DNA from: an uncultured Anaerolineales bacterium
Lineage (GTDB): Bacteria; Chloroflexota; Anaerolineae; B4-G1
Length of the DNA stretch: 64,000 nt
Assembly: GCA_964530325.1 (NCBI GenBank)
Contig: CAZHAX010000003.1
Span: 11,409-75,408, forward strand
Direction: 5' to 3'
In this document: one piece after another, positions 22,453 to 32,367 of the stretch
Layout: each line of letters opens with the position of its first letter
How positions within the stretch are numbered: the stretch's first letter is position 1
Notes under the pieces: model-generated
What the model saw: only the letters and a program-made list of their open reading frames with translations
What the model was told of the DNA's origin: nothing
Database searches by the model: none
Position numbers and translations under genes: made by a program

Positions 22453-23394
22453 ATGGTCCGTTTCGACACGCCGATCAACGCCGACGACACAAGCTTCAAG
22501 CGTGTAGTGCTTGAGGCTCCCTTCCCGGTGGTGGCGGTCTTCTGGTCCGCGCAGGATGCTTCCAGACGCCGACTCAACACCACCCTTGATGAAGTTGCGC
22601 GCCTGTACGCCGGTGAGGTACTGGTCGTCAAGCTGGATGTCGCAGACTCCAAGCGAGCTCAGCTCAAGTACTCCGTGCACGGTGTTCCCCAGTTCCTGCT
22701 CTTCCAAGACGGCGCTCCGATGGCACGAGTGCAGGGGGTACCGACGGTTGAGATGCTGCGGCCGTGGATCGAATACCTGCTCGGCCGAGCGGACAAGCCG
22801 GCGCAGAGGCGGTCTCGCGCCTCGCGCGATGAAAGGCCATCGCCGAAGGGCACGACCGGGCGCCGGCCGAAGCCGAAGCCAGAGCCCGAGCCGGAGCCAG
22901 AGCCGCAGCCAGAGCCGAAGCCAGAGCCCGAGCCGGAGCCAGAGCCGCAGCCAGAGCCGAAGCCAGAGGTTGAGCCTGAGCTGAAGCCCGAGCCAAGGCC
23001 ACAAGCGGCCAAGAAGATGATACGTCGAGAACAGCCTCCTGGTATGTCAGAGGAGCCGGCAATGGAGGGTGCTCCCGTCACCGTCACCGACGCCGACTTC
23101 CAGTCGATAGTCCTGGACGCGGACAAGCCTGCTCTGGTCTTCTTCTGGGCACCGAGTGCCCCCGCCTGCGAGCAGGTTCGCCCTATCGTGAAGGCGATCT
23201 GCTGGGAGTTCTCCGGCCGGCTCGTCGCCGCGCAGATGGACGTGGACGCAAACCCCCGCACACCCAGCCAGTTCGGGGCCCAAGTAGCCCCTATAGTGGT
23301 CGTCTTCGCTCAGGGCGCCCCCGTGGAGGTCGCTGCCGATCCCAAGTCAGTGCGGGCCCTGCGCGGCAGGATGAGAACGCTCGTAGGCGATTAG
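22453..23394 (+). CDS. Two thioredoxin-fold domains with degenerate active sites joined by a (PEPEPx)n linker
   Basis: Domain 1 has 'VFWSAQDAS' with no Cys. Domain 2 has 'FFWAPSAPAC', an SxxC. They are separated by KPEPEPEPEPQPEP repeats. The start is taken at 'MVRFDT'. Confidence 0.6.
   Translation: MVRFDTPINADDTSFKRVVLEAPFPVVAVFWSAQDASRRRLNTTLDEVARLYAGEVLVVKLDVADSKRAQLKYSVHGVPQFLLFQDGAPMARVQGVPTVEMLRPWIEYLLGRADKPAQRRSRASRDERPSPKGTTGRRPKPKPEPEPEPEPQPEPKPEPEPEPEPQPEPKPEVEPELKPEPRPQAAKKMIRREQPPGMSEEPAMEGAPVTVTDADFQSIVLDADKPALVFFWAPSAPACEQVRPIVKAICWEFSGRLVAAQMDVDANPRTPSQFGAQVAPIVVVFAQGAPVEVAADPKSVRALRGRMRTLVGD
22868..22995 (+). repeat. Near-perfect 42-nt tandem repeat (2.x copies) encoding the KPEPEPEPEPQPEP linker
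   Basis: Direct repeat of GCCGAAGCCAGAGCCCGAGCCGGAGCCAGAGCCGCAGCCAGAG, visible in the sequence. Confidence 0.8.
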
Positions 23395-23527
23395 CCGTTT
23401 GGACGGGACAGGCATCCGCCAGCAGACGGTACTATGGACATCTCCGCCGGCGTGTGATATCATAGGGTCGGGAGGGGCTTGTCCAGGCAGGCCACGCCAC
23501 TCTCATGCAGGGTTCCTCTGACACGCA

Positions 23528-24187
23528 ATGAACGGGCTTCCGCCGTACGCAATCGTTCTTTTGGCAGTGCTCGCCCTGGGGATGGCGGTGCTGCTCATCG
23601 TCTGGCTGTTCAGATACGTGACCGGAAGTCAACGCCAAGCGGCTGCCGAGGAAGGCTTCTCCTCATCCCCAGCCTCGACCCCCGATCTCGCCTCGCGGCT
23701 TGATCAAGAGCACGTGCTGTGCGTCTCCAGGAAGGCGGATGGCGGCGCGACCGTCACAGTGCAGGGAAAGCCATACGACCGTCTACGAGACATCAAGGAC
23801 CCCACCGTAGGCCGCTACGCGGTCGACGCGGTCAAGGGCGTGCTGATCTTCGCCGAGGACCTCTTGCCTTCGACTGTGAGGCGCTCTCTTCGCTCCTCGA
23901 AGTCGCCGATGGGAGACGCAGGTGAAGGCCCTGCACAGGCGGGGCTAGCCGGGGAGCAGGCCCAGGTCGCTCCCCGCCAGCTGGTGGACCAGATCGACCA
24001 GCTCGTTCAGGCCCGTCTTCGCGACCGCCCGAAGCTGGCTGAGCTCGGCATTCGCCTGAGGGAGGGTGGCGGCGGGGGGCTCGTGATCTTCGTTGGCCAG
24101 CAGAGCTACGACTCAGTGGACAAGGTGGCACACGAGGAAGTGCGAGACCTGATCAGGGAGGCCATTGCGGAGTGGGAGAGCCGCTAG
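23528..24187 (+). CDS. Hypothetical single-pass membrane protein
   Basis: N-terminal TM 'YAIVLLAVLALGMAVLLIVWLF' and a glycine run 'REGGGGGLVIF'. No recognisable domain. Confidence 0.4.
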   Translation: MNGLPPYAIVLLAVLALGMAVLLIVWLFRYVTGSQRQAAAEEGFSSSPASTPDLASRLDQEHVLCVSRKADGGATVTVQGKPYDRLRDIKDPTVGRYAVDAVKGVLIFAEDLLPSTVRRSLRSSKSPMGDAGEGPAQAGLAGEQAQVAPRQLVDQIDQLVQARLRDRPKLAELGIRLREGGGGGLVIFVGQQSYDSVDKVAHEEVRDLIREAIAEWESR

Positions 24188-24265
24188 TGTTGCGTCTCCA
24201 ACGGAAGGCGCAGCAAGAACAGCTGCTGCCCCGTCGGGCAGCAGCGTCATCGTCGCTCCGCTCTC

Positions 24266-24505
24266 CTAACGCGCGGACTTAGCGGCGCACGTCGCGCAGC
24301 TTGCCGAGGGCGTGCAGGAGCCGCACGAATCCCCAGCCCCGGCAATCACCCCTTCGTCACCCACAGCTGAGAAGAGCGAGATGAGACGGTGCGTCTCTGC
24401 TCCCCCACAGCCCGGGCACTCGATCGGATCATCCGCATCCGCCATCGCCCTGAGAGCGTCGAATCTGGTCTCACAGCGGATACACTTGTACTCGTACAGG
24501 GGCAT
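24266..24505 (-). CDS. FmdB-family zinc-ribbon protein
   Basis: 'YEYKCIRCETRF...CPGCGG', a CxxC...CxxC zinc ribbon characteristic of the FmdB family. Confidence 0.7.
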   Translation of the reverse strand: MPLYEYKCIRCETRFDALRAMADADDPIECPGCGGAETHRLISLFSAVGDEGVIAGAGDSCGSCTPSASCATCAAKSAR

Positions 24506-24553
24506 GTGGCAGATCTCCTGCCTGGGGCTGGCGGCGAAGGCGGCGCAGCCCTG

Positions 24554-25738
24554 CTACTCCAGGAAGCCAATACTGCGTCCCACCTCATCGAACGTCGACA
24601 GCACACGGTCTAGCTGTTCGTCCGTGTGGGTGGCCATGTAGCTAGTCCGGAGCAGCGATTCCGAAGGCTGTACCGCGGGCGAGACAACCGGATTCGTGTA
24701 CACCCCTGCGTCATAGAGCGCCTTCCATATCAGCATCGTCGGCAGATCAGCCCCGATTATCACCGGCACGATCGGCGTCTGGCTGTTGCCGACGTTGTAA
24801 CCCAGTTCACGGAACCCAGCTCGCATTCGATCACCGATCTCCAAGACGCGCTCGCAGCGCTCCGGCTCACTCTCCATCACGTCAAGCGCGGCCAGCACCG
24901 CAGCCGCCGCGGCGGGAGGCATGCTGGCGCTGAAGATCAGCGGCCGCGACGTGTGCTGGATGAAGTGAATCACCTCCTCCGCCCCGGCGATGAATCCGCC
25001 GAGGCTAGCGAAAGACTTGCTGAACGTGCCCATCGTCAGATCTACCTGGTCCGTGAGCCCGAAGTGGGCAGCAGTGCCTCGCCCTCCTGCCAGCACGCCA
25101 ACGGCGTGCGCGTCGTCCACCATCAGCCGCGCCCCGTGTTTCTTGCAGACGGCCACGATCTCGGGCAGAGGAGCAATGTCGCCGCCCATGCTGAACACCC
25201 CATCAACGACGACCAGCTTGCCGGCGTCGTCGGGCAGCTGATCCAGAACCCTGTCCAGATGCTCCATGTCGTTGTGGTTGAAGCGGCGCATCTCGCCCAA
25301 GCTCATCATGCAACCATCGACGATGCTGGCGTGATCTTCCTTGTCCGTGATGACGAAGTCCCCGCGACCTACGATCGAGGTGATCGTGCCCACGTTCGTC
25401 TGGTAGCCAGTCGAGAATACCAGCGCCTTCTCCGTGCCGACGAACTTGGCCAGCCTCCGTTCCAGCTCAAGGTGCAGCTCCAACGTGCCATTCAGGAAAC
25501 GCGAGCCTGTACAGCTGGTGCCGTATCGGTTCGTCGCATCGATGGCCGCCTGCCGCACTTTGGGATGCGTAGTCAGCCCCAGGTAGTTGTTGGAGCCGAT
25601 CATGATGAGCTTGTGATCGCCGACCGTGACCTCGGTGCCCTCGCTGTCCGTCAGTGGTATGAAGTAGGGGTACAGCCCGGCAGCTTGCGCTTCCTTGGCC
25701 CGCGTGTACTCGCGGCACTTGGTGAAGATGTCCATCAA
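24554..25738 (-). CDS. PLP-dependent alpha-oxoamine synthase family (2-amino-3-ketobutyrate CoA ligase / 8-amino-7-oxononanoate synthase-like)
   Basis: Fold-type I aminotransferase with the PLP-lysine context 'TFSKSFASLGGFIAG'; 394 aa. Confidence 0.8.
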   Translation of the reverse strand: MMDIFTKCREYTRAKEAQAAGLYPYFIPLTDSEGTEVTVGDHKLIMIGSNNYLGLTTHPKVRQAAIDATNRYGTSCTGSRFLNGTLELHLELERRLAKFVGTEKALVFSTGYQTNVGTITSIVGRGDFVITDKEDHASIVDGCMMSLGEMRRFNHNDMEHLDRVLDQLPDDAGKLVVVDGVFSMGGDIAPLPEIVAVCKKHGARLMVDDAHAVGVLAGGRGTAAHFGLTDQVDLTMGTFSKSFASLGGFIAGAEEVIHFIQHTSRPLIFSASMPPAAAAAVLAALDVMESEPERCERVLEIGDRMRAGFRELGYNVGNSQTPIVPVIIGADLPTMLIWKALYDAGVYTNPVVSPAVQPSESLLRTSYMATHTDEQLDRVLSTFDEVGRSIGFLE

Positions 25739-25859
25739 GACCTCCTTGGTGCTGCCGCCATCCCGCGGTACACCTGAAGAGAGATTGGCCTGCGGGGCGA
25801 AGCCTGTCGAGCCGCTCCCTTGGTCTCAGCCGAGGCCGCTGGGCTACTGGGCCAGGACT

Positions 25860-26249
25860 CTAGTTTTCGAGCGGCATGCTGGCTCTAACGAAGCGCGCCG
25901 TCAGGTCGCGCAGCTGCGTGAAGCTGACAGGCTTGATCAGGACCAGGTTGGCTCGCCGACGGAGCTCATCCGCCGCCAGCGGATGAGCCGTAGCTACGAT
26001 GACTCGTGTCTCCTCTAGCCGTGGGTCGGCCCGGATATACGCCAGCACTTCCTGCCCGGTAACGCCAGGCAGACGCAGGTCGAGCACTACCAGGAAGGGG
26101 ACTACAGCGTCCAGCCGCTCCAGCGCTTTGTTGCCCGATGATATGACCTCGGCCTCGCATCCGGCAGCCTGGACAGCCTCGGAGAAGATCGTCGCCAGGT
26201 CCGCGTCATCCTCGACAACGAGCGCCAGCGGTCTCGCCATTGTGCTCAC
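25860..26249 (-). CDS. Stand-alone response-regulator receiver domain (CheY-like)
   Basis: 'LVVEDD', the phospho-acceptor 'VVLDLRLPG', and 'LIKP'. There is no output domain. Confidence 0.8.
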   Translation of the reverse strand: MSTMARPLALVVEDDADLATIFSEAVQAAGCEAEVISSGNKALERLDAVVPFLVVLDLRLPGVTGQEVLAYIRADPRLEETRVIVATAHPLAADELRRRANLVLIKPVSFTQLRDLTARFVRASMPLEN

Positions 26250-26414
26250 CTTCTTGGCCTGGATGTCCTAAGCTCGCTCAACGCCGACCTGCTGCTGGCC
26301 GGAGCCGTCCGCAGCACGACCTGCGCCCCGACCGCCTGTCTGGCTACCATTATACCCTAGGGCTGTGGTCACGGCAAGACCCACTGTTCCGGCCAAGACC
26401 TCTCACTGCCCGCG

Positions 26415-28949
26415 CTAGAGCACGCTCACCGGATCGACATCGACGCACCAACCACTCATCTGCTCCACGGAGGCAAACAGATCGGCCGGATCTGGGTGCC
26501 GCAGTAGTATCTGCCACCGGTGACGCCCGCGGAGCCGTTGGAAGAATGCGGGAGCGGGGCCGATCACGTCATCCTCAGGCAGCCCCCTGCCAGCCAGCGC
26601 TTCCCGCAGGGCATCGGCAAGCGCCTTGGCCTCCCGCCGAGCCTCAGCAGCTGATTGACCCTCAAATGAGAGCTTGACCAACCGGCGGTAGGGCGGGTAT
26701 GCGTGTTCCTGCCGGAACGCCAGCTCTCGGGCAGCAAAGTTCGCAAAGTCGTGTTCAGCGGCGAACGTGATGGCGTATTCCTCGGGCCGATACGTCTGGA
26801 TGAAGGCCTTGCCGCCCTGGAGCCCTCGCCCGGCACGGCCAGCCACCTGAGCCAGCAGCTGGAAGGTTCGCTCTGCGGAGCGGAAGTCGGGCAGGTTGAA
26901 CTCCGTATCGGCCGAGACTACACCCACGACGGTCACAAGCGGCATGTCAAGCCCCTTCGCTATCATCTGTGTGCCGACCAGGATATCGGCCGCGCCCTGC
27001 CCAAAGCGCTGCAGGATAGCACTGTGTGCCTGAGGCGTGCGCGCCGTATCCCGGTCCCACCGGATAATCCGCGCCTCGGGCCACGCCTCTCGCGCCGCCT
27101 CTTCGACGCCCTGCGTACCCAGCCCGAAGAAGCGAATCCGGACACCCTGGCACTGAGGGCAGCGGCTGGGCTGGTCTTCTCGGTGATCGCAGTGGTGGCA
27201 GACGAGGCGGGACTGGGGGCTGTGGTAGGTCAGTGGCGTATGGCAGTTCGGACAGCGGAGAGTGTGACCGCAATCACGGCAGATCACGAAGGTAGATCTG
27301 CCGCGCCTGTTCAGAAACAGGATGATCTGCTGGCCTTGCAGCAGCGCTTCGTCCACCGCCTGCTTCAGGGCCCGGCTGAAGATGGAGCGATTCCCGGCCC
27401 GCAGTTCGGCCCGCAGGTCGACAATGTGCACTGGAGGGAGCGGCAGGTAGCGCGCCTCTTCAGGGCCGCCTGGCAGGCGCTGGAAGTGCGTGCCGGGCAC
27501 GCCGTGCAGGGTCTGCAGGTCGTGCAGCCGTCTGGCGTGCCCCATGATCCGGCGGGGCATTTCCAGAAGCACGATCTCCCCTCTCTTGGCCTCCAGATAC
27601 GACTCGAGGCTCGGCGTGGCCGAACCGAGCAGGAGCAGGGCGCCGCTCTGGCGTGCCAGTTCGCGGGCCGTCTCTCGCACGTGGTAGCGGGGACGAGGCG
27701 CCTCTTGCTTGTAGCTCTCCACGTGTTCCTCGTCGACCACGATCAGGCCGAGGGGAGAGAGCGGAGAGAAGAGCGCCGAGCGCGCTCCGACCACCACTTG
27801 CACCAGTCCCGCCCTGGCCCGTCTCCAGGTGTCGTAGCGCTCCCCGTCCGACAGGCCGCTGTGCATCACAGCAACAGAGCGGGGGAACCGCGCCCCAAAG
27901 CGGGCTATCGTTTGCGAGGTCAGCGAGATCTCTGGCACGAGCACAATGGCGCGCTTCCCCTGGGCCAGCACGGCCTCGACAGCGCGCAGGTAGATCTCCG
28001 TCTTTCCCGATCCGGTCACCCCGTGCAGCAGGAACGGACGAGCCTCGGATGGCGACAACCACAAAGCAGCCTCAATCCGCTCCCACACCGCCTGCTGGTC
28101 GGAGGTAAGCGCCGGCGGGGTGTCCGGCACGAACACCCGGCCAGCCAGAGCGTCTCGCCACACTTCTTCAGACTCGAGAACTACCACGCCTCGCTCAGCC
28201 AACTTGTCCAGGTGATAGCGCGTGCAGCCGGTCTCGGCGTAGACCCAGCTGACGTCGACGGCCTCCTCCTCACTGGCCAGAAACTCCATAATCTCAGGAT
28301 AGACCTCGCTACGAAGCCCTGTCAGCCCCTCGGCCAGCTCGCCTTCGGGACCCAGTCTCGCCGTCAGGACCCGCTTCGGTCTAGCACCCGGCGGAGCGAG
28401 AAACGGACGGCGATCCACGTGCCCGCGGCGGGCCAGCTGCAGCGACGCCGGTCTCCAGTCCACTCCCCGCAGAGCGCGATCGAGTTGCCTGCCCCGCAGG
28501 GGTCCTCGCCGATCGAGGACGCCCAGGAGTGAGGTCTGCGCCTCGGTCCGGGCAGCCTCGTCGGGGACGTCGGGCTTGGCCGCCACAACGACGTCGGCGA
28601 AGCCGACGATGCCAGGCGGAAGCATGGCTTGCAGGCAGTCGTACAGCGGAGCCACGTACTCGCGGCTCATCCAGGAGGCCAGCAAGAGCCGCGCCGGATC
28701 CAAGACCGGCTCACTATCTACAAGCGATTCGACGGGGCGGGTATCCTCGACCTGTGACCGTGAGGCCAGGCCCAGCACAACGCCGTATAGCCGCCTGGAC
28801 CCGAAAGGCACGATGACGAGCGAGCCCGGCCCCACCCGGCCCCGGAGTTCTTGTGGAACTTCGTAGGTGAAGCCCAAGCCGTCTGAGCCAGGAACGGACG
28901 GCCCGACCGTCGAAAGGGGCACAACCTGGGCGAAAGGCCCGTTCTCCAT
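26415..28949 (-). CDS. priA: Primosomal protein N' (PriA helicase)
   Basis: Walker A 'GVTGSGKTE', DEEH box 'IVVDEEH', and zinc-binding 'CRDCGHTLRCPNCHTPLTYH...CHHC'. The start is taken at 'MENGPF' so it does not overlap the upstream permease. Confidence 0.85.
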   Translation of the reverse strand: MENGPFAQVVPLSTVGPSVPGSDGLGFTYEVPQELRGRVGPGSLVIVPFGSRRLYGVVLGLASRSQVEDTRPVESLVDSEPVLDPARLLLASWMSREYVAPLYDCLQAMLPPGIVGFADVVVAAKPDVPDEAARTEAQTSLLGVLDRRGPLRGRQLDRALRGVDWRPASLQLARRGHVDRRPFLAPPGARPKRVLTARLGPEGELAEGLTGLRSEVYPEIMEFLASEEEAVDVSWVYAETGCTRYHLDKLAERGVVVLESEEVWRDALAGRVFVPDTPPALTSDQQAVWERIEAALWLSPSEARPFLLHGVTGSGKTEIYLRAVEAVLAQGKRAIVLVPEISLTSQTIARFGARFPRSVAVMHSGLSDGERYDTWRRARAGLVQVVVGARSALFSPLSPLGLIVVDEEHVESYKQEAPRPRYHVRETARELARQSGALLLLGSATPSLESYLEAKRGEIVLLEMPRRIMGHARRLHDLQTLHGVPGTHFQRLPGGPEEARYLPLPPVHIVDLRAELRAGNRSIFSRALKQAVDEALLQGQQIILFLNRRGRSTFVICRDCGHTLRCPNCHTPLTYHSPQSRLVCHHCDHREDQPSRCPQCQGVRIRFFGLGTQGVEEAAREAWPEARIIRWDRDTARTPQAHSAILQRFGQGAADILVGTQMIAKGLDMPLVTVVGVVSADTEFNLPDFRSAERTFQLLAQVAGRAGRGLQGGKAFIQTYRPEEYAITFAAEHDFANFAARELAFRQEHAYPPYRRLVKLSFEGQSAAEARREAKALADALREALAGRGLPEDDVIGPAPAFFQRLRGRHRWQILLRHPDPADLFASVEQMSGWCVDVDPVSVL

Positions 28950-28975
28950 TTCCGGATCGGCCTCTGCGGGAGAGC

Positions 28976-29821
28976 CTAGACCTCTTCTCCGAAGCGCGGG
29001 CACCAGCGAAGGAACAACAGATAGCCCAGTACAAGCACAATTAGCGCGGTTACCGCAGTGCGTGCGAAGAAATCGAACCCGGTTGGCATGCCCCAATAGA
29101 GCAGGTCGCGGTAAGAAGCGACGATCGAAGCCATGGGGTTGAGCCGCCGGAGCCACAGCTGAGCGTTGAGCGTGATGCCGAGAACGGTCAACTGCTGAGG
29201 GACTGTGCTGATGGGGTATATGACGGGCGTGAGGAAGAACCAGGCCTGCAATCCCACGCTCAGGATGATCTGTGTATCCCGATAGAAGACGTCGAGCGCC
29301 GACGTAGCGAGAGTCAGCCCGATGGTAAACGCCAGCTGGATGAGTATCGTGAGCGGCAGGAGCAGAGCCCACCACGAGAGTTCAGCGCCTGATGCGAGGG
29401 CCAGACCGAAGAAGACAGGGAGGGCAACTATGAAGTTGACCAGGTCTGCCAGGACGATAGAGATAGGCAGCACCTCCCGTGGGAAATACGTCTTCTTGAC
29501 CAGGTTGGCATTGTCTATGATGCTGGACGTGGCCCGGGTCACCGAAGAGGAGAAGAAGTTCCAGGGCAGCAAGGCGGACAGCACGAAGACATGGAAGTGG
29601 GGCAGGTCGGATCTGCCGGCCAAGAGGTTGAAGACCACCGTCAGTACCAGCATCATCAGCAGGGGGTTGGCCCACGACCAGGCGATTCCCAGTATCGAGT
29701 TGCGGTAGCGCACCTTGAGATCGCGCGACACCAGATTGCGGATCAGGTCGCGGTAGTCCCACAGCTCCCGCATACGGCCTATCAGCTTCATTCGGTTCTT
29801 GCCTTTCTGGCAGGTCGGCAC
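28976..29821 (-). CDS. ABC-2 type transporter permease (Wzm/TagG-like polysaccharide exporter component)
   Basis: Six-TM ABC-2 family sequence. No cognate ATPase gene is adjacent. Confidence 0.7.
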   Translation of the reverse strand: MPTCQKGKNRMKLIGRMRELWDYRDLIRNLVSRDLKVRYRNSILGIAWSWANPLLMMLVLTVVFNLLAGRSDLPHFHVFVLSALLPWNFFSSSVTRATSSIIDNANLVKKTYFPREVLPISIVLADLVNFIVALPVFFGLALASGAELSWWALLLPLTILIQLAFTIGLTLATSALDVFYRDTQIILSVGLQAWFFLTPVIYPISTVPQQLTVLGITLNAQLWLRRLNPMASIVASYRDLLYWGMPTGFDFFARTAVTALIVLVLGYLLFLRWCPRFGEEV

Positions 29822-31062
29822 CGGTCGACCAAGAGACTGCGATGCACGTCTACAAGAATCTGGCCTGTGCTATCCCACGAGAAGCGATGGCCGGCCAACT
29901 GCCGCAGTGCAGTTCCCAGCTTCTCACGCCGCCGGGGCGTACGAAGGAGGGACGCGATCGCATCGGCGAGCGCCACAGGCCCGCCCGACGGATCTGCGTA
30001 GACGCCCAGGTCGGCCAGGTACTCCCTGCTGACCGGGTTGTCTAAGGCCACCGTCGGAAGCTCCATCGCCATGTAGTTCAGGATCTTGCCCGCGCCCTCT
30101 GTCTCGGACAGCTTGGGCGCGATGGCGATGTCGCCCAGCGCCAGGTGGGCAGGCGCCTCCTCATACGGTATCTTGCCCGTGAAGACCATCCGATCGCCTA
30201 CGCCCAATTCGTCCGCCATCAGCTGGTAGTGGCCCTCGCCGGGGAAGCCCATCACGAGGAAGTGCACGTCGACGCCCCGGCCCAGCAGTTCCTTTGCGGT
30301 CTGCACCAGCAACGACGTCCCCTGGTAGTCAGCCAGCAGCCCCAGGTAGACGACGACTGGCCGGCCCTCAGGTATGCCCAGGGCGGCCTTCCGCGCAGCT
30401 ATCTCCTGCCTGTTCAGCACGTTGGGGCGGAAGCAGTCCAAATCGACGCTGTCCGGGAGAGTGAATACCCTGTCGGCTCGGCAGTCGAATTCGGACTCCA
30501 GAAGCTCCGCCCCCCGGCTGCTGCTCGTTACTACCGCGTCTGCCAGCAGGTCGATCCGACGCTCAAGCAGCCGCACCAAAGGGTACCACGGACCGTTCTC
30601 GCTCAGGAAGCTGTGGTCGACCATCTCGCCCGTCAGGCTGCCCTGGAAATCGAAGACGAGTGGAACGCGGAGAATGCGGCTGAGAAGATAGCCAACAAGC
30701 GCACCCTCGTGCATGTGGCCGTGCACGATGTCGAAGCGCCGCCTGAGGACAGTCTTCAGACCTGACCATCCCAGAAGCAGGTCGAAGGCCAGCTTGTGCA
30801 GCGACGAGCCGACCTCGTAGTCCGCCCTCCACGGCGTTGGCCGGGTGCGGATGATCTCCAGGCCGGGCATGTCGTGCCCCTTGTAGTAGGTGAGGACGGT
30901 AACGCGCTGGCCCAGCCTCTGCAGTACCCGGGCTTCCTCCAGGATGCGGATATGGCCACCGTAGTCGGAGAAGAACGAGGTAGGCGCAATCATCAGGACG
31001 TCGTAGCCTTCGTCCCACACCTGCCCCTCCACCGCCTCCTCTGCTACGCTAACCTTCGCCAT
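29788..31062 (-). CDS. Glycosyltransferase family 4 (GT-B, group 1)
   Basis: N-terminal GT4 domain and a C-terminal 'glycos_transf_1' region with E-x7-E-like motifs; 424 aa. Confidence 0.75.
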   Translation of the reverse strand: MAKVSVAEEAVEGQVWDEGYDVLMIAPTSFFSDYGGHIRILEEARVLQRLGQRVTVLTYYKGHDMPGLEIIRTRPTPWRADYEVGSSLHKLAFDLLLGWSGLKTVLRRRFDIVHGHMHEGALVGYLLSRILRVPLVFDFQGSLTGEMVDHSFLSENGPWYPLVRLLERRIDLLADAVVTSSSRGAELLESEFDCRADRVFTLPDSVDLDCFRPNVLNRQEIAARKAALGIPEGRPVVVYLGLLADYQGTSLLVQTAKELLGRGVDVHFLVMGFPGEGHYQLMADELGVGDRMVFTGKIPYEEAPAHLALGDIAIAPKLSETEGAGKILNYMAMELPTVALDNPVSREYLADLGVYADPSGGPVALADAIASLLRTPRRREKLGTALRQLAGHRFSWDSTGQILVDVHRSLLVDRCRPARKARTE

Positions 31063-31064
31063 GA

Positions 31065-31616
31065 TCAGCTCTTCGCGTCGGCGTCCTGCAGTGCGGCGAG
31101 CAGCCTATCCTCATAATTCTGCACGCGCGCCATCGTCTCTTCGTGCCGCCGGATGAGAGACGCTGCAAGTGGCGGGCAGCCCGCCTCGGCGGCCAGCCGG
31201 GCTCCCTCATCGGGATGAGCCGCGAGCACGACGAAGGGACGGCACCATCCCTGTGGCTGGCCTTGGCCCAGCCTGAAGGCCACCTGCGGCGCCAGACGCC
31301 TGAGCATGACGATAAGACCCCGGGCCAGCAGCGGCACGCCGCCGGCAGTCTTTCCCACATCATGCAGAAGCGCTGCCTGCAGAAGCTCCGCTGCCGTGTG
31401 CCCTTCGGCCACGAGTGAATCGTACACCGCCAGTGCGTGCCGCTGATCATGCCGCGCCTGCCGCAGGAACAAGTCCCGTGCCTGCGGGGGAAGAACTGGC
31501 AGGGCCCGCTCGAGCGCCCCCTGCGGCACTCCACCGGAAAGGGCGCGCCTGAACTGCCCAAGCCGGTAACGAGCAGACAGAAACGTGCGCAGAACCGGCC
31601 TCAATACAGAACCCAC
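31065..31616 (-). CDS. HD-domain phosphohydrolase
   Basis: 'LLHDVGK' plus the downstream 'RRHEE' His/Asp residues. Confidence 0.6.
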   Translation of the reverse strand: MGSVLRPVLRTFLSARYRLGQFRRALSGGVPQGALERALPVLPPQARDLFLRQARHDQRHALAVYDSLVAEGHTAAELLQAALLHDVGKTAGGVPLLARGLIVMLRRLAPQVAFRLGQGQPQGWCRPFVVLAAHPDEGARLAAEAGCPPLAASLIRRHEETMARVQNYEDRLLAALQDADAKS

Positions 31617-32272
31617 CGCAGGAGCATCACGATCGGGCCGTAGATCAATGCGAGCACCCCGGTCATAGACAGGCCAAGGAGTATCAGCATCTGAAGGCTC
31701 GAATCAAGGCCTTCGAGCTGCTCGATGGGCCGCGCCCATTTGTCCGGCAAGATGGCGATCAGAACGCGCGATCCGTCCAGAGGCGGGAAGGGGATCAGAT
31801 TGAAGACGGCTAGCGCAAGGTTGATCCCGATGAACTGCTCCAGGACGGCCCCGATCGTCGCCGACACGGAAGCAGGAACGAGATCCAGCCAGCCCATTCG
31901 GAAGGGTATGGCCGCCAGCATGGCCAGCACGAAATTGGACAAGGGGCCGGCAACACTGACCAACGCCCAACTCGTCCGCAGCTTGCCCCGCAGACGATGG
32001 GGACTCACAGGAACGGGCTTCGCCCAGCCGAAGCCGGCGAAGATCAGCATGAGCAAACCAAGCAGATCGATGTGGGCCAGCGGGTTGAGCGTCAGCCTGC
32101 CGTGCATGGCCGCAGTATCGTCGCCCAGATCGTACGCCGCCCAGGCGTGAGCCCACTCGTGGACCGACAGGCTGGTCAGCATGTACAGGGCCAGCGCGAT
32201 CAGTCGCGTTGGTTCAAGCAATCCCTCTAGCAGCAGCAATCCTCTCCCCCAGTGCCAGTTGCTGGGCGACAT
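31601..32272 (-). CDS. Site-2 protease family (peptidase M50) zinc metalloprotease
   Basis: 'SVHEWAHAWAAYDLGDDTA...GRLTLNPLAHID'. The ORF extends to 32374; the start is taken at the internal Met to avoid head-on overlap with the divergent radical-SAM gene. Confidence 0.7.
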   Translation of the reverse strand: MSPSNWHWGRGLLLLEGLLEPTRLIALALYMLTSLSVHEWAHAWAAYDLGDDTAAMHGRLTLNPLAHIDLLGLLMLIFAGFGWAKPVPVSPHRLRGKLRTSWALVSVAGPLSNFVLAMLAAIPFRMGWLDLVPASVSATIGAVLEQFIGINLALAVFNLIPFPPLDGSRVLIAILPDKWARPIEQLEGLDSSLQMLILLGLSMTGVLALIYGPIVMLLRWVLY

Positions 32273-32367
32273 TATAGCATGGTTGACCCCCCGCTGCGAG
32301 GGAGTGCTTGCAGCGCCGCCTCTTGTCTGATATAGTAGCCGCGCGGAGACATCGCGAGGCATTGAGC

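Noticed and set aside
22868-22995. Possible CRISPR array (PEPEP linker repeats); the same question was raised for the hairpin repeats at 34434-34551
   Set aside because: The repeats are directly contiguous with no unique spacers. The 22.9-kb copy is in-frame coding sequence for a Pro/Glu linker. No cas genes are present.
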